A stretch of 63,083 nt of DNA, counting the filler, from Licmophora abbreviata (taxonomy: Eukaryota): the NCBI GenBank assembly GCA_900291995.1. It is 9 parts of 9 records of this genome, joined end to end, with 100 filler letters (N's around TTAATTAATTAA, not from the genome) between each part and the next. Parts side by side here need not be neighbours in the genome. Positions count along the whole stretch, not along the records: positions 47,429 to 61,877 come from OLMU01000673.1; 8 more parts are not named here. One strand, 5' to 3'. The notes under the pieces were generated by a model. The model worked only from the letters and a program-made list of their open reading frames with translations, was not told the origin of the DNA and did not search any database. A program made the position numbers and the translations under genes. Shown piece by piece: positions 47,429-58,559 of this stretch (positions within the stretch are counted from its first letter, which is position 1; each line of letters starts with the position of its first letter).

Positions 47429-49346
47429 TCCTTGACTCCACGAGGCACTCGTCAAGGGAAGTGTTGGACGGTGCTCGGAGTTCTGACGAATTCTTTAGTA
47501 AAACGGGCAAGGGGTCTGTCGGTGATGCCATACCGATGGCGGAAGTATCATGGGACAGAGCAGGTCATGATGCGGATGTCCTTGAGGGAATGATGCCCTT
47601 GAGTGATGGTCTTGATAGTGACGCACCCTAGAGGAGCCGCCGCAAAAGATGGCTCAAGTTGATTGGAATGTAGACCCCAGTGGGCGCTACGAATCGGTCG
47701 TCACTTTCGATAGTCACAAGGCCGCAGAAGGGACGGCCTCCTGTCTGTCGAGCCTCGACGGGAGCATGGGGACAAACGGTACGAACCCGTCCTTGCTCCA
47801 CGGCGGGGATGTTCAGAATAGAGGGGTCCCAATGAGTGACAAATCTCTTGTTTTGCATCTTACTTCGGCACCGGATGATTTGGTTTCGAGGGAGTTCTAT
47901 CTCCCAAAGCTATATTTACCGGGGAGCGAACACAACGACGACAAGTGGCCGTTACGTGGGGACGATCCCTTGGCGCTTGAAAACATCCTGCGTTGTTGGC
48001 AGGTCAACTTTCTCAACTCTGTTCATATCAAGACTCCAAAGGGACTCGTGGAAGCACGCAAGTGCGGTCTCCTTTTTTTGCTTGCCAAGGACATGCGACG
48101 GTGGCGCCGGACGGAGAAACTTCCGTCTTTTCGAACAAAGTCTTGTCAGGTGGCACTTCGCATATGGTCCCGAACATGTAAGGCAATAATACGCTCTGTT
48201 CGGGAACAGAATAGGAAAGGAGTATCGATGGGTGTGAAGCCTGCCATTTTGGAAGATAAGACGTCCAAATTGGCTCGGTCCTTGTCGTCTGCGACGGGCG
48301 CTACTGAAGCGAGCAGTTCGAGATCTCGGCCGTCTTTGCGCAGTCTTACTTTATCATCCCACGATGCCACTGCCTCTACTCAGCGGAGTAATCGCGAGGT
48401 GCTGGCTGGAATGCGTTCAACAGTTAGCTCCATGATCGAAGGTTCGAGGGAAACAATGGTCAAGGGAGGCCCCCGCGATCAACGAACGGGGCAGTCACAT
48501 CAATCTTCTCAAGTCGCTTCTCCTGCCAGTGCTGTGGCCGCACCGCGCTCTAGAGAGTCCCTCATGGATGAAACATTGCCAGACATGAAGGTTCATCCGT
48601 CTTCAAGTCGCAGCACCACCGGCCCATCTTTCGCGAGGAGATCGAAAGCTTCGAAAGCTCGCTCGTCTCGATCGTTGGCTGAGTCTTCTCGCAGTAGAAA
48701 TCGGCGGAGTGGAAGCATGCACGCCGACCTACTAGAAATTCATCGCAGTAGGAGCAATCCTTCCCTAGATCGTCCTCGAAAGAGCTGTCTGAAAACTTAC
48801 CAGTCTGACGAGTTTTCTGTGAGATCAAAGCATAGCGCGGTCAGTTTTGCGGACGTTCAGTTTCGTGAGTACGAACGGGTTCTCAGTGATAATCCGTCCG
48901 TGTCCGAAGGCCCGGCAATCGGGATTGGGTGGAAGTACGCAGAAGATGTAAAGTTTACGGTCGACGCGTACGAGTCTTCTCGTCCTCCTCGACGTATCAA
49001 GGATGAGTTCCTTATGCCTGCTCGCGTACGGCGAGCACTGCTGCTGGAAGAGTACAATTATCCATATTCTCAGCTCCGACGAGCTGTGTCAGAATCGGAT
49101 CGAGTGAAGGCCAAGCGCAGGCAGCTTGCCCACAGGCCACATGCCGTCGAAAGGGCCGATGAGCTAGTGGAGGCATCGAGGCGACGGATCAGGCGCCTCC
49201 GCAATGGGATATCCAAGGCCGGCGAGCAAGAGCAGCTATGGGATAAAGCTCGCGAATGGTTTCGGAACAAAGAGTCAGCACCAGAGCTCCGAACGAATGC
49301 GTCTCCTGTTTATGAACGATACGGTTCGGATCTCTCAAGAGACTGA
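47429..49346 (+). CDS. Hypothetical protein with a C-terminal 'VxF..V..REY...DNPSV..GP.I.IGW.Y' domain; the 5' end probably extends into the gap via a frameshift at 47626-47628
   Basis: 565-aa ORF 47649-49346. An upstream frame is open from 47431 to a TAG at 47629, and the two frames share an MAxVxW repeat. Confidence 0.7.
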
Positions 49347-49690
49347 TATTGGCCGTTTTGTATGTTGGCCCTTTATATGTTTTGATGTGTTGATGAATTC
49401 ACCCCTATCTATATCGTACAATATAATTCTATGCTAATTTTTGTTGGCAAGTTTGTCAGTGGTTCCTTTCGAAGGATCTGTGTATATTGCTCGTATTGCT
49501 GTGCCCTCCGCGGGACGGGTGCTTCATCGCTGCGCCCAGCAAGTGCAGTTCCAAAGTAACGCAAGCACTACCGTGGTTCTCGTTCTGCTGCGGGCGGACA
49601 CTGACTCGACTTCCCGCTGACGCCAGAGCACTGTACGGTACCCCGTACCACGTGATTGATTTGTACCCTGAGAGGTGGCCGCCATTCGAC

Positions 49691-50242
49691 TCACTTGATC
49701 GACTCCTTCGAGACACTGTACGCGAAACTGCAACCTGGGCACTCCACCACGATGGCTCCGCTTTTAACTTGCAAGTCCTCTTCCCATAGAACCACCTCGT
49801 CTCCGCATCGGCAGCTGTATATATGCACTGTCGCACCGTCATCGTCGTTTCCCAGTTCCATTTCGGAGAGTTCAATCGGAATGGCCCCCTGGTGCTTCGA
49901 AAGGGCCTGCTTTAGTGTTTCATCGTATTTTCGCTTCGACTCTTCGTGTCGCAGACATTCCCACGCGACTTGCATGCGTTGAAATGATGATGAAACGGCA
50001 CCTGTGGTGTTTGTATCCAGTATGGTCTTGTCGGGGTGATAGGTTCGGGCCAAGAGCCGATGGGCGGCCTTGATTTCGTCCAGCGTGGCGTCCGATGGAA
50101 CTCCAAGGACCTCGTAGTGAGTCAGATGCTCCTTGTTAGAGGATAAACTATTGAAGGGCTTGTTCATGCCATCAATAGCAACTCCATGGCCGCCTTCCGT
50201 CATCGTTGTGCCGCTTTCCTGTTGCCCACTGCCCGTCACCAT
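49691..50242 (-). CDS. DPH4: Diphthamide biosynthesis J-protein (J domain + CSL zinc finger)
   Basis: THYEVLGV, YHPDK, AWECL...KRKYD followed by YSCRCG...VECPGCS. Confidence 0.88.
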   Translation of the reverse strand: MVTGSGQQESGTTMTEGGHGVAIDGMNKPFNSLSSNKEHLTHYEVLGVPSDATLDEIKAAHRLLARTYHPDKTILDTNTTGAVSSSFQRMQVAWECLRHEESKRKYDETLKQALSKHQGAIPIELSEMELGNDDDGATVHIYSCRCGDEVVLWEEDLQVKSGAIVVECPGCSFAYSVSKESIK

Positions 50243-50480
50243 GCTCTTTGCCTCTTGCAGATTTTGTTTCCAGTTTCCAAGGTACCAGGAAGGGTAGTAT
50301 CGAATGGCTGTGGATCGTTTGGAAGTCTGGCCGTCGCATTAAGTTTCACAACCGATACTAAATAAGCGCGCATGTTCAAATGCTCTTGCTCTAGGTACCG
50401 GCATGTCTACGATAGTGCTCCTAAGCGCACATTTTCGTTTGCCAATACAGGCTTCTCCATTAGATTACAGTTGGATATCA

Positions 50481-51782
50481 TCATGCATGTACTTCGGCTG
50501 TACGAGAAGCATGACGTGAAGTTTCAGCTGGCAAGAACTGATCATGCGTCGTATGCTCCGCAGCAGGCGACGCCAACACAGGCATTGGTTCGTGCGGCTT
50601 TACAGCATCCTTCCCCTTGACCGCAGCCACAATTCCTCCATTGACTTCAGACCAGTTGTCGAGCATCAACAAGTGACCCGCATTTCGTACACGAAACACG
50701 TCGATACTAGGAGCACTGAGTCCCGTCGCCTTCCTTTGTTCACAGTGCAGACTTGTCTGGATGCCACCCGTGTACTCCATCCAGTCCGCTACTCCATACA
50801 AAAAGGAGATGGTGTTTACTTTGAGCTTTGGAATTCGATTCAACAAGGGTTTCTTGGCCATTACGCTCGGCAGCAAGATGTTATTCAAGCAGCGTTCACC
50901 GCTGGGTGGCAAGACGCTATTGTAGTAAAGATAGTCAGTGACAGCTGCTTGTTCTTCTGGATTTCTGATGGCCGGGAGACGATGCTGCACGTAAGAAGAG
51001 GCATAGCCATATGCCGTTTTCTTGGGTAGTGTACGAAGGACTGTGCAGGGAGTCGTGCCCGACTCGAACAGTTTGGAATAGAGTGAAAGAAAAAGCCGTT
51101 GCTTCAACGTTGAACTCTCTCGGAGGCGGTCGACTTGCTTACTTTCCGACGGAACCCCGACTGGACTCAAGAGAATGAGTTTCTCTACACGCTCGGGATA
51201 TTTCTCCGTGTAAGCTACGCTCAAGTAGCCGCCGATCGAATGACCCGCAAGAATCATCTTGTCTATCTTGTTCTTTTCGCGCCACGCTTCCAAGCTCTCA
51301 ACGAAGAACTCTTCGGTGGTCTCGGTTGACTTGTCGCGGAGTTTGAAAGAAGGACGCGATGATAGACCCCATCCTAGCATGTCGATGGCATAGACTGTTC
51401 GAAAATGAGACGTGAGACCCACGAGATTTCTGTAGAAATAGAGACAGCCGTTCATGTAGCCGTGCTGAATTACCAGTGGTGTTTTCACCGCATCTTTGGT
51501 GTCCTTCTTGGAGGTCAGCCGAATTCCATGGATCGACAATCCTTCCTCATTGGACTCGAGAGTATCTGCTTTACAAGACGACGACAATTGACATGTAGAA
51601 GGCTCAGCATTCCTCTCGAGAGGCACCACATTTTGTGGGATGGGCGTGTCGAAGAGCTCCATTTCGTATTCATCAGGATCTCGGTTGCCAAAGGAGCGAG
51701 CGAACTCCACTAGTTTTGCTTCTGCCGCCTTCATGCGGTCCATCTTGGCCGCAAGTTGCGCGGCGCCTGACCAGAACGGCAT
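50481..51782 (-). CDS. ABHD4/ABHD5 (CGI-58/Ict1/Cld1)-like alpha/beta hydrolase-acyltransferase
   Basis: HGY, AIDMLGWGLSSRP, FVESLEAWR, GHSIGGY (nucleophile Ser), LILLSPVG, LYG..DWM, AGHLLMLD (HX4D). Confidence 0.88.
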   Translation of the reverse strand: MPFWSGAAQLAAKMDRMKAAEAKLVEFARSFGNRDPDEYEMELFDTPIPQNVVPLERNAEPSTCQLSSSCKADTLESNEEGLSIHGIRLTSKKDTKDAVKTPLVIQHGYMNGCLYFYRNLVGLTSHFRTVYAIDMLGWGLSSRPSFKLRDKSTETTEEFFVESLEAWREKNKIDKMILAGHSIGGYLSVAYTEKYPERVEKLILLSPVGVPSESKQVDRLRESSTLKQRLFLSLYSKLFESGTTPCTVLRTLPKKTAYGYASSYVQHRLPAIRNPEEQAAVTDYLYYNSVLPPSGERCLNNILLPSVMAKKPLLNRIPKLKVNTISFLYGVADWMEYTGGIQTSLHCEQRKATGLSAPSIDVFRVRNAGHLLMLDNWSEVNGGIVAAVKGKDAVKPHEPMPVLASPAAEHTTHDQFLPAETSRHASRTAEVHA

Positions 51783-52503
51783 GGTTGAGGTGTGCCGTGC
51801 TGTTTTGATTCGTTGTCGGTCGAAAAAGTGACGAGTTCATGAGTTCATGCGTGAAAACTAAAACGGAAAGCTGGCACGGTCTGGTTCTTCCGTGTTCCTA
51901 CCGGTACGATACCAGTACGAGTCAGCAGTACGTAGACTTCTGCTTTCAAGGACCATCGTCATCATGCTGACAGTAGCTACCGTACATAATACAGTAACAA
52001 TGTCTTTTATGTAATGTACTTCCCACCTATTGTAGCAAAGGTTGAGTCTCTAGTAATGAGACGCAAGCTACATGTTAGCTGGGACTAGCTACTCTAGTGA
52101 GTGGGCTAGCTAGAACTGGCTACTAGATAGCGACAATTCACGGGCTCGGTCTGTCTTCACAACCGCGGCTAACGCAGCTTGCGTCCGGTGCCAACGGGTG
52201 AGTGAGTCTCGCACGTCTCAGTGTGACGGCTAGAAGAATATTTAATAGTAGACACTGAGATGTAAAGTGCTTTTATAGCAATAAAACATCACAATCCACT
52301 TGCAGCAGCGCGAGTGTGTGTAAAATACAAACGAGGGCTAAGCGCCAAAAAAGCTTTGTGCAACCACCATCTGAAAGCTCGCAAGCAAGGCCAAATCCGA
52401 TGACCCTTGAACCTTCTTTTCCTCCATCACACTGGAAAACACATCCTTCATTCCAAAGACCTGACAACATCATCATTCTACTCTAGCTCATGTTGTGTAC
52501 GAA

Positions 52504-53322
52504 TCAGGCCGCACCGTCCTCGTCTTCGCTAATGGTAATCTTCTTGACTTTGTTCACGAAAGGCTCTGGAGTTTCTTCTGGAGATTGGGAACCCTCCGTG
52601 TCATCGTCGTACGACTTCACCGCAGCGCCATGGCTCGCCTTCTTGGAGGCCGCCAGTAGCTTCTCCGTCTTCTTGTCTGAACTCTTTCCGAAAAGCTTGA
52701 GCTTCCGCCCAGCATTCTCCATCATCTCTTCGGCCTTGTCCGACTTTCCAAGGTTGTTGACCGTAGCGCGGCGTTGGTTCTTTACCTTGATGGTGGAACG
52801 AACGGCGGATGCCAGTTCCGACTGTGGAATCCCCCATTCTTTTTTAAGAATATCTTCGCGGACCCTGCGGGGGAGCGCCATTTCTCGCATGGAACGGCGA
52901 TTGGGTCGGCCTTTCTCGTAGTTCTCGAGGGGGAATTTTAGTAAGTCTGGATTGTACTTCCATCCGATACTGCAGAAAGAAATTTGAGAACTAGGGGGTG
53001 AGCAACGCCGTGCCGAAATGTATACATGTATCGATCGTGCCAAAGGCAGCTTTCGAACATACCTAATTGGGGGGCCTGAAGAGACCGAAGGATTATCGCC
53101 TACAACCCGCTCGTACTCTCTGATCTGAACTTCATCGTACGATAGACTTCTTCGGATTGTCGCCCCCTCCTTGCTCTTTTTACCTTTTCGACTTATATCT
53201 TTGGAATGTAGACTTTCGTCGAGCGTAACGACGCGCATTACGCCGGGAGGCTGGACCCGTGAAACGGTCGACGAAGCCGCCCGCTTTGATTTCGAAGCAC
53301 TCTTTTTGCCAAACAGGGGCAT
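52504..53322 (-). CDS. Hypothetical protein, paralogous domain to the C-terminus of the 47649-49346 protein; exons 53322-53063, 52969-52504
   Basis: Removing intron 53062-52970 (GTATGT..TGCAG; 93 nt, in frame) gives [29 protein letters not shown]...YEKGRP.RR...[10 protein letters not shown]. Confidence 0.8.
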   Translation of the reverse strand: [272 protein letters not shown]

Positions 53323-53819
53323 GGTACAAACTGGTTTGGTTCTCTGTGAAGAGCGGAGTAGCAAGAGTGCACGACAGATGATACGGGACGCCAATCCGAT
53401 CGGGGTGTCTCATCGACAACTGTTGACCACGATACGGCGTACAGCAGCCACCTGTGTAACGCGATCCATTTTTCTCGGATACGTCGTGAACCAATCCTTC
53501 CGTACAAATCAACGTGTTTTCTCTACCAGGACAAGTTCCTCTTCTGAATACGAACTTTTGGACTTCAGCATGGACTGTGATCTGTTTATGGTATTCGTGA
53601 AACACACGTAGATTCCCCGATCAACCATAAGCACATTATGTCGTAGGGGACACTCGATGAACACAAGTGCACGGTAACGTCATCAACCATTCCTAGACCG
53701 TATACAGTTGTTGGATGTCGCACTGGCACTCGAATACTATCTCGTCACCACTAACAGGGTCAAGTCTTTAGACTGAGTGAGACTCTCTAAAGGTACTGCT
53801 GTATGTTGTAGATTACTTC

Positions 53820-55007
53820 TCATACATCGTCTTTCGTCTTCTCCTCATGGTTTCCTTTTCGTGCTCGTAGCTCCGCTGCCGCCAGAGCTCGTTCTCGCGC
53901 ACTCGTCCTGGACCCGCTGCCTCCACTAGCGTTATTAACCCTACCACCCACTACCTGTCCAGACTCTGACCCACGACTAGATTCACTCAACTCCCGACAC
54001 CGATCTATGATGGCAGGTGCAATCAGATCCGGTGTCAGTCCATGTTGTACCATGTCTGTCTTGAGTTCTTGCAATACCACTTGGGCAATAGATCGTATGC
54101 CACCGGGAAGATGCAACCCTGCTAGTTCCGACGTTGTCTTGCCGTTGACCAACCCCCCACTGGCCGCCAAGCTCGCATGCGTATGCAGATACTCGGAGCG
54201 CATTTGCCCAAAGTTGGTCCAGAATAAGAGATTATGCTCTCCCACCCAATTGTGACTTAGTTCATGAATCAACGTCGCCACGATCTGCGGATACGGTAAA
54301 AATCCCTCCAGCGAGTCCGGCCGTAGTTTCAAATCAATCCGTGCTCCATGGTTCGTATTGTATCCCAGCAAACAGGCTCCCTGCTTCTCTGTCGTCTGTT
54401 TCAAGCGATCATCAATCGGATCCATCTCTCCCAATGTCCCAACGACCAACTCCCGTTCTTGTAGTATCCTCTTGATTCCCGGGTCGTGTGCGAGTTTTTG
54501 CAACAAGCGATTCGCTTCGAAGGCATGAGGCGTATTGGCCTCACTCGCACGATGTCCAAAGCTCTGCCATGTACAAGCCTGAAAGCGGCAAAATTTGTAA
54601 TTCTTGTCTTGGGACAAGGATGCATTGCCCCACACAGTGTCACTTGCGTTCCTGTCGACGCTCTTCTTGGGCACTTCTTGATCAAAGCCACGAATGGTCG
54701 GGTCGGAGCGTTTGGAATTCAGTGCGTGTACAGATTTGACGGAGGATGCCATGACGAGGAGCTTGGGAGTCTTTTTTGGAATGGTGGGAAATGCTGGTGT
54801 TTCTGGTTCATCCAGTGACAGTACCTTTCCCTTGTAGATGAGTTTAAGAGCAGTAGAAGTAGTCGTATCATCATCACCCTCCACCACAGAAGAAAACAAG
54901 CTGTGTCGAACGCGTTCCTGAAGCTCTTCTACCGACGTTTCCGTCGTCACATCTGACAATGTAGTGGCCTTTCCTTGAAAGGAAAAGACCACATCAAACG
55001 ACGCCAT
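53820..55007 (-). CDS. Ubiquitin-like + WLM zinc metalloprotease (Wss1-like)
   Basis: N-terminal UBL-like region (F.FQGK..., LKLIYKGKVL). WLM motifs VGTLGEMDP, LLGYNTNHG..IDLKLR, HELSHNWVGEH..FW. C-terminal RERALAAAELR. Confidence 0.85.
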   Translation of the reverse strand: MASFDVVFSFQGKATTLSDVTTETSVEELQERVRHSLFSSVVEGDDDTTTSTALKLIYKGKVLSLDEPETPAFPTIPKKTPKLLVMASSVKSVHALNSKRSDPTIRGFDQEVPKKSVDRNASDTVWGNASLSQDKNYKFCRFQACTWQSFGHRASEANTPHAFEANRLLQKLAHDPGIKRILQERELVVGTLGEMDPIDDRLKQTTEKQGACLLGYNTNHGARIDLKLRPDSLEGFLPYPQIVATLIHELSHNWVGEHNLLFWTNFGQMRSEYLHTHASLAASGGLVNGKTTSELAGLHLPGGIRSIAQVVLQELKTDMVQHGLTPDLIAPAIIDRCRELSESSRGSESGQVVGGRVNNASGGSGSRTSARERALAAAELRARKGNHEEKTKDDV

Positions 55008-55418
55008 GTTGTTGAATGGGAAAAGGATGGACAGCTATGCAACAAGTTGACTGACTCTCTGACTCGTTCGGCCGGCTTCGTCGTTCTTGTTGTGTGTCTC
55101 AAAAAGTCATCGCCCGTGTCGAGAGGTTGAGGTTTCGAAGAAGTTCTTACTAGCGGACGATGGCAGGACGCTCCAACACTTTTCTGCCATTCATTTTGAT
55201 GTTTTTGATCGACCACCAATGACACAAAACTCACCCCGTCATTGCAACAATGATCGAAAGGGCGGCGCTGTGCTCGCGTGTCGTCTAGAAAAGGCTCCAT
55301 AGTCTGGTTCTTGTTAGAAACGCTCCGAAGCCTCTTAGCGGACGCTTTCGATTGATTGATTTTCAGCTGAAGGGCCTCTCTCAGGACTTGTTCACTCCAT
55401 CTACCACGGTCGTCCGTT

Positions 55419-56429
55419 ATGCCGTCTTTCAAAATGATTGTCGAGTACGATGGCACTCGCTTTAACGGCTTTCAGCGCCAGGTCAGTACATCCGACTTGA
55501 CGACCAAAACTGCTAATAAGAATAGTAGCAGCAGTAGACCGGACAAGAGGCCAAAGTACAATGTTGAGGATGGCACCAGACGAAAGTGCGTGCACACCAT
55601 TCAGTCCGTTTTAGAACATGCCATTGCAGATTGGGCCCACGTGTCGGTGGCCAGTTTGAGGATGCGGTCGGCTGGACGAACAGACAAAGGCGTCCATGCC
55701 AGAGGACAAGTAGTGGCAATTGATTTGGAACGACAGGAGGGTGAACTTTCTAATATAAGTGGTAGTAAGGAAAGTTCCACACCGTGTCCGCCGTCGACGA
55801 TGGGACTGTGGGAAATGCAGCGAGCCACCAACAGTCGGTTGCCAGTGGACGTTGTGGTGCGATCGTTTGAATCATGTGAGGCTTCATTTGAGCCGCGGCA
55901 TGAGGCGAAAATTAAGCGATATTCTTATACAATGCGATATCGACGGAAAGTGGTGGATCGTGATGGTATCGTCCTGCCGATTTGTACTAGCGGTGTACAT
56001 ACGCTGCGATCGACGCTGGATGGACCCTGCGTGTATGTGTGTCCCTGGGCACTGGACGATACCTGCATTGTGGAGATATGTCACAGTCTGACGGGAGCGC
56101 ACGACTTTGCGGCATTTGTTCATAAAGAGGACCGAAGGAAGCGGGACAATACGACGACACTATTGAGCTTTGATGTTCATACCTTATCCGAAATGTCGTC
56201 ATCGGGGGAGCAAGAGAAAGCTCCAGCTGTCACGGTTCGATTTGTACTGGAGGCACGTGGATTTCGGAGGTCCATGGTTCGCAATCTGGTTGGCTTTGTC
56301 GTGGATGTCTGTCGTGGAGAGATACAACAGTCAGAGATACCCAAAGTATGGACCGGCGAAGATGAGGCGGCGTCTATGGTGAAAGCCGTACCTGGATGCG
56401 GGCTATGTCTTGAAAGTGTGCATTATTAG
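55419..56429 (+). CDS. truA: tRNA pseudouridine synthase, TruA family
   Basis: EYDGTRFNGFQRQ, AGRTDKGVHARGQV (catalytic Asp), KRYSY, GAHDFAAF, GFRRSMVRNLVG, GLCL..VHY. Confidence 0.92.
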   Translation: MPSFKMIVEYDGTRFNGFQRQVSTSDLTTKTANKNSSSSRPDKRPKYNVEDGTRRKCVHTIQSVLEHAIADWAHVSVASLRMRSAGRTDKGVHARGQVVAIDLERQEGELSNISGSKESSTPCPPSTMGLWEMQRATNSRLPVDVVVRSFESCEASFEPRHEAKIKRYSYTMRYRRKVVDRDGIVLPICTSGVHTLRSTLDGPCVYVCPWALDDTCIVEICHSLTGAHDFAAFVHKEDRRKRDNTTTLLSFDVHTLSEMSSSGEQEKAPAVTVRFVLEARGFRRSMVRNLVGFVVDVCRGEIQQSEIPKVWTGEDEAASMVKAVPGCGLCLESVHY

Positions 56430-56515
56430 AGTACAGAGATCTAGCGGATTGTCTTGCTTAGTATTTTTTTCCTCCTTGGTATGCATGGTCTAGTCGAATC
56501 TACCATATCGGCTAT

Positions 56516-58009
56516 CTAGCGCCGACGATCCCTGCCGCGAGCATGTCGATCCCCGTTTCGCCAATGTTGTGGCAGCGGTGGGCCATCGGACGCAAACGGT
56601 GGCGGCGGAGCGTCGGCTCGATGTGGTGGATGAAAGCCTGGACCACGGGCCTGTGCTGGAGGCTGGGGGTGACCACCGCCCCGTCGTCCACCCCGGCCTC
56701 CTCGCCATTCCATTCGACCCATGCCCCTGTTCCCTCCCCAGTTTCCCTGTGCAGGAGCACCGAAGTCATCACGGTGTCGTAAGGGATGCGGCGGTGGATG
56801 TCTCTGTGGCTGCGCAGGCATAGGGCGCTGTGCGGGTGATGGGTCGCGGCGACTCTTGGGTTTAGCTTCCACACCGCTGGATCGTGTAGGCTGCGGTTTC
56901 TTTTTGGCTGACTGCAACGCTGGATCCACGATACCCCACCACGACAATGGCCACTCCTTCCGGCCGGGAGGAAAATCTTCAGGAAATATAGGAACAGGCG
57001 CCTGCAATACGATCTCGCCCTCTTGGTTGTAATCAAAGAAGTCTTCGCGCCTCTCTTCGTTCTCCCTTAGAAATGATCCCGATACGTCGACAACTGCCGA
57101 CTGCAACTGAAATTGCGGCTCGTCCCTCAACTTCGTCACCAAAGTCTCAAGCGACCGAAAAGCTTGCCGCCACGTCTCAGGTTTTCCGGCGTTCGGGAAT
57201 GGCTCAGTAGTAGGTTGGGCAGGCTGTTGCTGAAACTTCAATGTGCTGATATCCGCAGGGGTAAGGGTTACTTGCTTCGGCGGTGGTATTCCTGCCGCTG
57301 CCGGACGGCGTCCTGCCCCTCCTCCTGGCCCTCGACTAGCCGCTGGCGCAGGCTTACTTTTAGTGGATGGGACTGCTGGTTTGAAAGTCGTAACGGCGGA
57401 TTTCGTAGCAGCAGCTTGCTGTTTTGCCAGATAGGAGGGCCCCGCAACAGCAGACACGACCGGTTGGGCTGGTTTCATTGACTGTGACAGTAATAGCGAG
57501 GGCTTCTCGGGCGCATCAACCATGCGACGTGGAATGAGACCTTCTTTCTTAGGTATAGACGTTTGGCGTTCATTCTTCCTTTTGCGAGGAATGTCGCTCT
57601 TGGCGGGTACATGCTTGTCGACTTCGTCATCGTTGCTTAGATCCTGTTCGAACAGCTCTTCATCTGAATCCACGCTCTTTGTCGTAGCTATACCTCGTTT
57701 CTTTTTAAGCCGTCCTCTCACAATTTTCGGTCGCTTTCGAGGTGGCTCTCCTTCTTGCGGGTCATCCGCTCCTGCCGGTTCCTGACCAGCTGCATCCGAA
57801 CCCTTGCGTCGAGATCGCCTCGTCGCGCTCGCGCTTACTACTTCAGGCCCATCTTGCCCCTCCAGCTGTGACACCTCGGTCTGTCCACTTGCCGTTTGTG
57901 AAGTGGTGTGCTCACGTTCCGTCGCTGTCGTGGTGCTCGCGGCGGCGTCTTTCTCGTTCTGCTCCTTTTGGAGCTGCAACATGAGCTGACGCTCCGTTAA
58001 GCGGGGCAT
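56516..58009 (-). CDS. Hypothetical low-complexity protein (NLS-like basic patches, RGG/Pro-rich C-terminus)
   Basis: 497-aa ORF with ATG; PPRKRPK and PRKRK; RGGRGGRRGGG. Confidence 0.7.
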   Translation of the reverse strand: MPRLTERQLMLQLQKEQNEKDAAASTTTATEREHTTSQTASGQTEVSQLEGQDGPEVVSASATRRSRRKGSDAAGQEPAGADDPQEGEPPRKRPKIVRGRLKKKRGIATTKSVDSDEELFEQDLSNDDEVDKHVPAKSDIPRKRKNERQTSIPKKEGLIPRRMVDAPEKPSLLLSQSMKPAQPVVSAVAGPSYLAKQQAAATKSAVTTFKPAVPSTKSKPAPAASRGPGGGAGRRPAAAGIPPPKQVTLTPADISTLKFQQQPAQPTTEPFPNAGKPETWRQAFRSLETLVTKLRDEPQFQLQSAVVDVSGSFLRENEERREDFFDYNQEGEIVLQAPVPIFPEDFPPGRKEWPLSWWGIVDPALQSAKKKPQPTRSSGVEAKPKSRRDPSPAQRPMPAQPQRHPPPHPLRHRDDFGAPAQGNWGGNRGMGRMEWRGGRGGRRGGGHPQPPAQARGPGFHPPHRADAPPPPFASDGPPLPQHWRNGDRHARGRDRRR

Positions 58010-58559
58010 GACAATTAAAAAAGTGTAATGGTGATGAAATAGTCTAGCCTAGGAAGCGACAAGAGAGGGTGCGAGGGCAGTTCGGTGATTCTTTGAAATA
58101 CAACGGTGTCGGACAGGAGGTTCTGTGTCGGGGTGAATCAAAATGAGGCGGTCACCACAACAAAAAACAAAAAAGCGAGCATCGCCATTGCGCTGACGGT
58201 CAGTGGTGTGATGGACAGACTATTGAATGCCCCTCACAGGATCATGCCAGGAACAACAGGCTACCTGGTAACTCGATTGCTTTGCAAGTTTGCCATCACA
58301 TAGCCGGGTACGATAATCGCTTTGGTGGAGTCCGTGGCTTCAGCATAAACAAGAGGGCACCGAGCGCTCCTCAAAAGGTACTGCAGTACGGGACAACATA
58401 TGCGGCCCCGTGACGGAACTCGCGCCGTTCGTTCACATTGATCCCATTCGACATGGGTAGGCTCGTCACCACGATAGTTGGACCAGAAGTAGAAGACGCC
58501 CTATCACCCGGTAATCCAAGTAAGAACGTCCTACTAGATCTTTTTCTAAATAATAAGGA

